Source: Oculina patagonica
Lineage: Eukaryota
Assembly: GCF_052425735.1 (NCBI RefSeq)
Contig: NC_135762.1
Coordinates: 33,480,001 to 33,544,000 of the forward strand
Length of the DNA stretch: 64,000 nt
Direction of reading: 5' to 3'
Position 1 is the stretch's first letter. The number at the start of each line of letters is the position of its first letter. The translations under genes and the position numbers were made by a program. Below the pieces are notes generated by a model, which was not told the origin of the DNA, made no database searches, and saw only the letters and a list, made by a program, of their open reading frames with translations. This document shows positions 57,501 through 64,000 of this stretch, piece after piece.

Positions 57501-60095
57501 CAAGGAACACAGCCTTTCCCATATTGGATATGAGCAGTTGCATGCACACTGTACATTGCACATACATGTAATATAAGCAAAAACAATTAACTCACTTGAT
57601 GTTGGTGTATTATTAATTGATTCATCCTGTGAGAATAAACATGGTGTTTCAGAAATCTTGTGCTTGTATCTTGAAGTCAGTGGAGTCTTGAATTCATTAC
57701 AGTCCACTGTCTTGGGGCTTGTAAGGCAATCATTACTGCATGCAAATTGTTCTGAAGTGCTGACATCTGGCAACACAATCTGATCATCAAAGAAATCTGC
57801 TGCTGAAAGATCACCATCATTCACTAAACTTTCAGCGACTTCACCAAGCCCTGTGAAAACAAAAAGATATTATGAACAGGAAATTTATGTTTTATGATTT
57901 GTTGCCAATTGTAGCACCTAGCCAGAATACCAGTGCTTGAAATTAGCGGTTGTCCGGTGACCGTCATCCGAGACGACTAAAAGTGCTTTCGACAACCAGA
58001 TTTTTAAAAAATTAAAGGCCTGGTTGCCCGAGAAAAAGCCGCCAGACAACCAAAGAACTTACATGACCATGATCACCCAACACAATAAACAAAAGAAGTT
58101 ATAAATATAAAACACAAATAAAAGCTCTAAATAGCCCGCTTTTATCACTATAATGCACCACAATTCTTAGAAAAATGGAAATCAAAGTTTGAAAAAGTTA
58201 ATTGGACGTTTGCCGAGTTCAATAAGCCAGCAGAATAAGCTTGCCGTGTAGTCTTCTTACACATACAGACCAAAAATATTCACAATATTATCTTAGCGGG
58301 TTTTAAATGCAATTTTGGCCTTCATCTTGAATGGGATCAATGCTGAGCAAAGTTTAATTCAAGTTTCTTTCATATTTAAATCTTAAGTTAGGAATTTTTT
58401 GCTTTTTTAAGCGAACAGATTTGACACCCACCTATAATCGGAGATGCATCTTGTCTGGGAATAATTTATATTTACCGGTAGTTGTTTTGACTTTAGTTTG
58501 TTTTTGCGGGTGTAGGGATTTATAAAATTACTACACTGCTCTTGAAAGTACAATTAAGGAGTATTTTCATTAGTGTTGTGTTCATTTATTTTAAAGGAAT
58601 TCTGCAGTTTTGTTTAGGATGAGCCTCACACCGCTGTGAATTTAAAACAAATGTTATATCATCTCACGGCCTGAGAACAAAAATTTTTACCAAAAAACAT
58701 ACAACACTTAATACGGACAACAAGTCCTCAGCAGGGCAACCAAACTCAGGGGTTAGGTTGTCCGGCATTTACCATAAGGACAACCTGGACTTTTTTCTAA
58801 TTTCAAGCACTGGAATACCACCTTCTACCACATTCACACACATGTTGACAATATTGCCTATCCTGTGACTTGCCATAGGGAGCCAAAAATTCATAACAAG
58901 TCACATGATCCATCAAATATTACTTCTTCACATGTAATTGGTTTAACTGAGCAATGGATAATATACTTCCAGAGTTTTGATTGGCTTAGCAGCCATTAGA
59001 TGTCAGACATCATATGTGCCATGTCTGACAAACTGGGGCAACAAAAACAGTCTTCCAGTCTTTTTTTACAAAATAAAATATTAAGTAAAATTTACTGATA
59101 CAGTGTATTTTATGTTTGATTTCAATAAAACAATTATTCCACTCATGCTTGTTGGAGATGAGGTGATTATAACCTATGTGGCACAGTTATCTACAATCTC
59201 ATGATGTCCAACTCATGCTGATGGAATAATCAGCAAATATAACCCCCAGTTCTTAAAATTTGCATTTAACATTCATGCATCCAAGGTTTATGTAGCAATG
59301 GAAGTCTTACATAGTCTTACATACATATACGAGTGGTATATGTAGCTGTCTGTTTCATATTAGAAATTTCGGAAAAGCGTTCTGTCACAGTCCCAACATT
59401 AAGGCCTTCCAAGGGGTCATGGCGACAGGCGACATTGCTCCAAAATAGCTAAAAATGTAGCCACAATCTTGTTCCAGAGCACCGACAGCCAACAGAAACT
59501 AACACTGAAAGGGTGTATATTTGCGACAGCGACAATGTTGTTTGCTTTGCAACTGTGCAAGCTCAATACACTCCTTCTCTCTTTAATATATAAGTGTAAA
59601 GCAAAAACATAGATTTACCTAGGATATATTCTAGTTTTGGAGACATAAGTCTCCATCAAAGTATTAAGATATCATTTGGTGGAGACTTCATACGAGTGCC
59701 CTCGAAGTTTACATTTTGTAAACAATCGATCACGATCAAAGTTGTGAAAAGTGATACAATCACTCCCTGTATGTTGTAGTGTTTATATTTACGACTCTTC
59801 TGCATTAATCCTTAGATATTTACAGCAACTTATGCACTATGAGAGAATTGAGTTAAAGGCGAAGGCAGAGAAAATAAAGTAAGCATACACAGCATTGATC
59901 AATTCAAGCTGAACGTGCAAAAACACGATCTGAATCATAAAACACACACTACGCACCTTCTGGACATTTTCTGTCCAGTAAATCTAACCAGAAGTTTTCA
60001 GGAATCTTTCTTTTGTCGATGAATGATGTTTCTGTCAGCTGTGAAGTTTTCTGGGGACACTGTTCGCTATAAGTCAGCTGAATGAAAGGCTCCAT
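27275..60095 (-). CDS. BRCA2: BRCA2 ortholog, 30 coding exons (contains frameshifts, probably consensus errors)
   Basis: Phase-consistent exons: 60095-59957, 57850-57596, 56183-56014, 53356-53242, 49978-49899, 49642-48844, 42379-37554, 37440-37388, 36819-36738, 36517-36436, 35900-35558, 35296-35174, 35031-34844, 34360-34232, 33729-33658, 33583-33430, 33056-32892, 32617-32438, 32298-32145, 31955-31834, 31600-31478, 30978-30900, 30704-30605, 30399-30372, 29922-29842, 29372-29263, 29145-29076, 28980-28797, 28287-28090, 27577-27275. Motifs: [12 protein letters not shown] Fx[67 protein letters not shown]. Confidence 0.96.
28472..28614. other. Assembly gap (143 N) inside a BRCA2 intron
   Basis: Run of N; nearby sequence (27760-28080) looks error-rich. 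Confidence 0.99.
28797..35296 (-). CDS. BRCA2: BRCA2 DNA-binding domain exons (helical, OB1, OB2/tower, OB3)
   Basis: 17 exons with canonical BRCA2 DBD motifs, e.g. [61 protein letters not shown]. Confidence 0.95.
37554..42379 (-). CDS. BRCA2: BRCA2 giant BRC-repeat exon (~4.8 kb, equivalent of human exon 11)
   Basis: About 15 FxTA[SG]GxxVxxS motifs spread across ORFs 40586-42226, 38578-40089 and 37483-38376; AG at 42380-42381, GT at 37552-37553. Confidence 0.92.
38205..39215 (-). repeat. Seven near-identical 147-bp (49-aa) tandem units, each encoding one BRC repeat
   Basis: CCACTAGCAGTTT recurs near 38279, 38427, 38576, 38726, 38873, 39020 and 39167. Confidence 0.93.
42613..42788. mobile_element. 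Palindromic MITE in a BRCA2 intron
   Basis: AATAGGCCTTATTCGTATTATCGGTATTGGA...TCCAATACCGAGAATACGAATATGGTCTATT. Confidence 0.75.
43405..47930 (+). CDS. Secreted S1A serine protease (chymotrypsin/elastase-like), nested antisense in BRCA2 intron 6
   Basis: Exons 43405-43501 (signal peptide [23 protein letters not shown]), 45895-45936, 46149-46190, 46661-47081, 47575-47930 (possibly also 45236-45295). Activation site R|VIAG; TAAHC, DIALL, GDSGGP; Ser at the S1-pocket position; AATAAA near 48065; one +1 indel near 47040. Confidence 0.92.
54948..55157. mobile_element. PIF/Harbinger-like MITE
   Basis: AGGCGGTGTTAC..AACTTGCAACA / TGTTGCAAGTT..GTAACAAAACCT, with TAA on both flanks. Confidence 0.65.
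56321..57052. mobile_element. hAT-like non-autonomous element
   Basis: TIR CAAGGTTGGAAACTA / TAATTTCCAACCCTG, GGGTGA on both flanks, subterminal CACTCGCC motifs. Confidence 0.75.
57931..58812. mobile_element. hAT-like non-autonomous element
   Basis: Perfect 16-bp TIR CAGTGCTTGAAATTAG; TSD GAATAC. Confidence 0.85.
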
Positions 60096-60098
60096 GCT

Positions 60099-60119
60099 TC
60101 ACTCAGCAGCCGCCATCTT
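60099..60119 (-). promoter_or_regulatory. YY1-type initiator motif AAGATGGCGGC overlapping a 5-codon uORF upstream of the BRCA2 ATG
   Basis: Minus strand reads AAG ATG GCG GCT GCT GAG TGA AGC ATG GAG, in a CpG-rich context. Confidence 0.6.
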
Positions 60120-60635
60120 GCTTTGAGCTTCGCGCCAGTTCTCGTAACCGGGCGCAGTCTCCTCGCGGTCAAGTCTCGCCGTCCTTTATTTTCGGGGAGG
60201 CCCGGGATTTTTGCTTATACCATACGGGTAGGGGAAGGGGGATTTTTCCTCGGTGCAAAGGGATCACGAGCCGTAATTTCATCCATGAAAAGCGAATCTA
60301 GTCTTCAGTTTGCCGTGATCTGGCCTTTGATCTTTGCCGTCGTCACAATTTATCATGTGACAAATTTTCTGGTCAACACACAGGCTCCCCAAGCTCAAAA
60401 TTTTTAGAAGGAGAGACAACGATTTCGAATAACTTCACTAACCGGCGCCAGAATGGCTTCAAAATCGGCACAAGAGACAAGAAAACCGGCGACAAATTTG
60501 AGGTAGGAAAACTGTATTTCAAATTAAATAGTTATTTACAGAATTTTTTTTTACGATCAGTGACTTTCCCATACAATTCTCTATATACACAAGCTGTCCC
60601 ATACACCACGTATTTTGTGCTTGGGAAGCCTGTGG

Positions 60636-61164
60636 TAGGCTTTTATAGATTGTGCTAGCATATTTTTTGGCATAATTGGAGCTAAAAAGCATAATTTGTG
60701 AAACGAGCACTGCCACGGCATAATTAGCAATTTTTAGCACTTTTTGGAGCATAAATTCATAAAATGTAGTAAATATGGTGTACTTTCTACAGAAATAAAT
60801 GAAATTTAGGTAGTTTGTTCTTGCAATGCGTGTTTTAGCTATACAATTGTGATTGTTAAGTCGTTGGAGGCATTTTACAAACGGTTTAGAGATGCGAGCA
60901 GCTAATTTGGACAGCTGACGGCCGTGATAAACTGCCATAAACACAAATAAATTTACAACAACAGTTTATTTAAAAAACATCATAATTTGGTGTCGTTATT
61001 GCGCACCTCTATGTATAGAATCTACGTCATTTTGTGAGCATAATTTCGGAAATCAGAAGCATAATTTGGGAATTCTGGCATAATTTTTGCATAATTTGGC
61101 AAAATTTTGAGCACTGCTAGTAGCATAATATGCCACTTTTAGGAGCACAATCTATAAAAGCCTA
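60636..61164. mobile_element. hAT MITE upstream of BRCA2
   Basis: Perfect 21-bp TIR TAGGCTTTTATAGATTGTGCT, 8-bp TSD GCCTGTGG, internal GCATAAT repeats. Confidence 0.92.
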
Positions 61165-63022
61165 GCCTGTGGTCAACAAAACTATCGGATAATCAGTTTT
61201 TTTCCTAACCAGCTCTGAGGATGAGTCACATCACTTTAGCCTGCCTATGCTTCGTGCTACTCTCTCTCTCGAACGATTACCTGACATAAAACAGAACTAA
61301 TGTTGGGTGGTTTGGTTTGCTTTGTTTAGTCGTTTTGAATATGTCCATTTAAATTATATTTTAGTTCTTTTGTTGCTTTTCCAACCATCAAAGTAATTTT
61401 TATGTTTTGTGCTGAAAGTGAAGATTACTTTCAGTGTTGGAATTCGATTAATAATTAATTATTTTTATCGATTACAAAAACCAAATTAAATCGCTGTAAA
61501 TTATAAAAAAAATTCCATGCAAGATTCAAGGAAAATCTGCATTTCGACAGGACACCTTCTCCCAGGTTGATATTTGCAACTGTTTGGTTCACGTAAAAAT
61601 GTACGTAGTACCCTTAGGAAAATAAAGAAGAGTTGTTGTCAGACTCTAGAGAAAAGAACTGTTAATTGCGTGAGAATTTGGTAATAACATGCATTTACAG
61701 AGTGATAATGAATAATTTTAAGTTAATTTATGCAATAAAGAAGACAAGCTGAGCACCTACTCAAGGCCGAGTAATACTTCTATAGTCTAAAGCGCCAATG
61801 AAATTAGCTTGAGGGTTGTTACTGAAGATTTCAACGTTAATGTGTTGGTACAACTAGCACATGCGAACACGTACTTGATAAAACACATGGATTCTATATC
61901 AAGCCAAAAACAAGGAGCTTGAGTATTGCACAACAAATCAGCAACTGAAAGTAAGTTGAGAAAAGTTTGTTCTTTGAAAGATGAAATAGTTGTATATTTC
62001 AGTGTGTTCGCCTTCATCCCTGAACTCAATTGTAAATCAGGTTCATTTACACCGTAATTTCCACCGGGAGGTTATTAGAACTTTGACTCAGCTTGTCAAG
62101 AAAAAACAACCAATTTGCTATCAAGCAAAGCCTCCTGGCCAGGTCAGTTTTGTAATATAATTTGACCTCATAAAATAGTTCCCAACTTTCTGAGCAATGC
62201 GGCGAATCTTATGTTGTTCTATCTACGCGACATATTTTATTTGTTTACCTTGGTTAACTTTATTTCTTTTTCGCGTGTATAGGTAGTGCTTTCAAAGTGT
62301 CATATTGCTCAATGTTTCACTGGAATATGTTTTGTTAGACTGTGTAGCTACGCCTGGATCACTGTATGTCTCTCAACGTTTTCTTTGCAGCAAGTGTTAT
62401 CCAAAGTGAAATCAAATTCTACTTACTCGCCGCAGAGATCGCGGCAGCGGCACGCTATGAACGACTTTTTTATGCGTTTCTAAAAATAAGCTTCCACGTT
62501 TCCTGTAAGATGAGTTTTTGGCGAAACTTACTGCCTTGTGTATAAACAATGTTTTTTTCTACTCGTAACAACAAAGCTAATTGGAGCCTTCCAGTCCGAC
62601 TACAGCAACCAAATTATGAGTTAGGAAAATTCAGTGCCTTTTCTGTTCATTGATGATGTTTTAACGATCTCCTACATGTATTGCTTCACTCTTGTTATGA
62701 GTCCGTGGTACAGTAGAGAGACTAGAGAATGGTGAGCATTGGTTTCAGTTGTCTGGAAAGCTCGGGAATGTTCTCTCAGAAAAACAATGTAATATCACCA
62801 AAACATGCCAAAAAAAGCAATGTTTTTTAAGAAAAAAAAATGTCACCCTTAAGAGAGATTGCTCGCAAGCTATACACTCAAAAGAAAGTTTGTAGCTGAA
62901 TCGCCAAACGTCCACAACAAACAAGATCATCTCTTAATGATTTACTGAAAAGGAGAATAGGCAATGATTAATATCTATTCTTTTTATTATCCATCCTTTT
63001 TTTACATTTCAACATTTTAATA

Positions 63023-63116
63023 CAGTGGTACCCCGCTTCACCCACTTTACGGACATCCGCTTAATACGGACACTTTTGCGTGTCTGTTTGGTGTCCAGTA
63101 TTAAAGGGTTCCACTG
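63023..63116. mobile_element. Tc1/mariner-type mini-MITE
   Basis: TA|CAGTGGTACCC ... GGGTTCCACTG|TA. Confidence 0.65.
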
Positions 63117-64000
63117 TACTACAATAATTTATTTATCATTTCCAAGGAACACAAGAAAAAAGTGATCACAGTTTCAAAAAGGACAGTGAAGACGGTTCTT
63201 CTAATTGCTGTTAAAAGACCCTTAGTGTGTTCTATTGGATGTCCGGCCCCGTTTCTATTCGTTGAGAACGCAATCGCGCGCGCTTTAAATGGAAAGCTAT
63301 TCGTGATTTTTGTCCTACAAATACAGAAATTGCTAGCGTTTTGACTGCACTCCTTTTGAGCGTCTACTAAAACAATAAGACTACTTGCTCTGGTTTTCTA
63401 TGAGTGATAGAAAACTCACTCAAATTCTCTCGTGAGGATTTAATCCAATCAGAAGTCAAGTGAAAGATGCTCCAAGGGTTCTTATTGGATTAAACGACTG
63501 CACGAAAGAGGTCACACTTTTGCGAGTTTTGGGCTCCTTGCTGTAATTCGAACGTGTTTATTGTTTCTTGTGTTTAGTTCAGTTCGGAAGTCAACTCTCA
63601 CTTACTTCCGCACTACTACCAACACTGAAAACGACATATCGAATAAGGTGAGGAAAAAGAATAATCATTATTTTGAAGTTTTTTACTAACTGTTGTGCTA
63701 AATAAAGATATATACGCGCGTTTATTGTTTGTGTTGACATTTTTTGCCGACGTTATATAGTTGCCTTGGTCATGTAGCTTCTCTCACGTTGCTGTGACGG
63801 TAGTTTATGGGCAAAGTTCGTCCGAAATGCACTGTGTCTATGGGAATCTGATTTGTTAGGTCCTCCTGATCGAAAACAAACTAGACAAACTAGTCTTCCG
63901 GAGTTGGCTTAACGCACTATGCAAATGTGTAACAAAGCTCCTTTAACTGAAATTGCTCTTGTTAGCCATCTGTGAGGCTATGGTCATTGTATCTGAGTTG

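Noticed and set aside
59401-60513. Possible degenerate hAT ends (GGCGAC motifs) enclosing BRCA2 exon 1
   Set aside because: The termini match poorly and there is no TSD.
61200-64000. Short ORFs at the right end
   Set aside because: No motifs, coding bias or consistent splice structure; treated as intergenic.

Overview
Eukaryotic (animal) genomic DNA, probably a stony coral or other anthozoan; this is inferred from the repeat landscape and gene style, not proven. (1) 1-6209: the right end of an endogenous Polinton/adintovirus-like DNA virus. It has compact intronless genes (probable major capsid, probable penton, three membrane-anchored proteins, one with PSAP and LYPSL ESCRT-type motifs), shared AT-rich bidirectional promoters, and ends in a 138-nt fold-back hairpin whose apparent loop zips up through three tandem G.A pairs. 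This is the most novel-looking system here. (2) 7346-22491: the last three exons of a + strand death-domain gene. Its 12.9-kb intron holds a CACTA/CMC-like element containing a young intact Ty3/Gypsy (Mag-like) LTR retrotransposon with a KQDD RT motif, plus several MITEs. (3) 24.1-26.3 kb: tandem duplications. (4) 27275-60095: a complete 30-exon BRCA2 on the minus strand, with about 15 BRC repeats (7 from a recent 147-bp tandem expansion), two GC-AG introns, a nested antisense chymotrypsin-like protease gene, and several frameshifts that look like assembly indels. Assembly gap at 28472-28614. No rRNA, tRNA or CRISPR array found.
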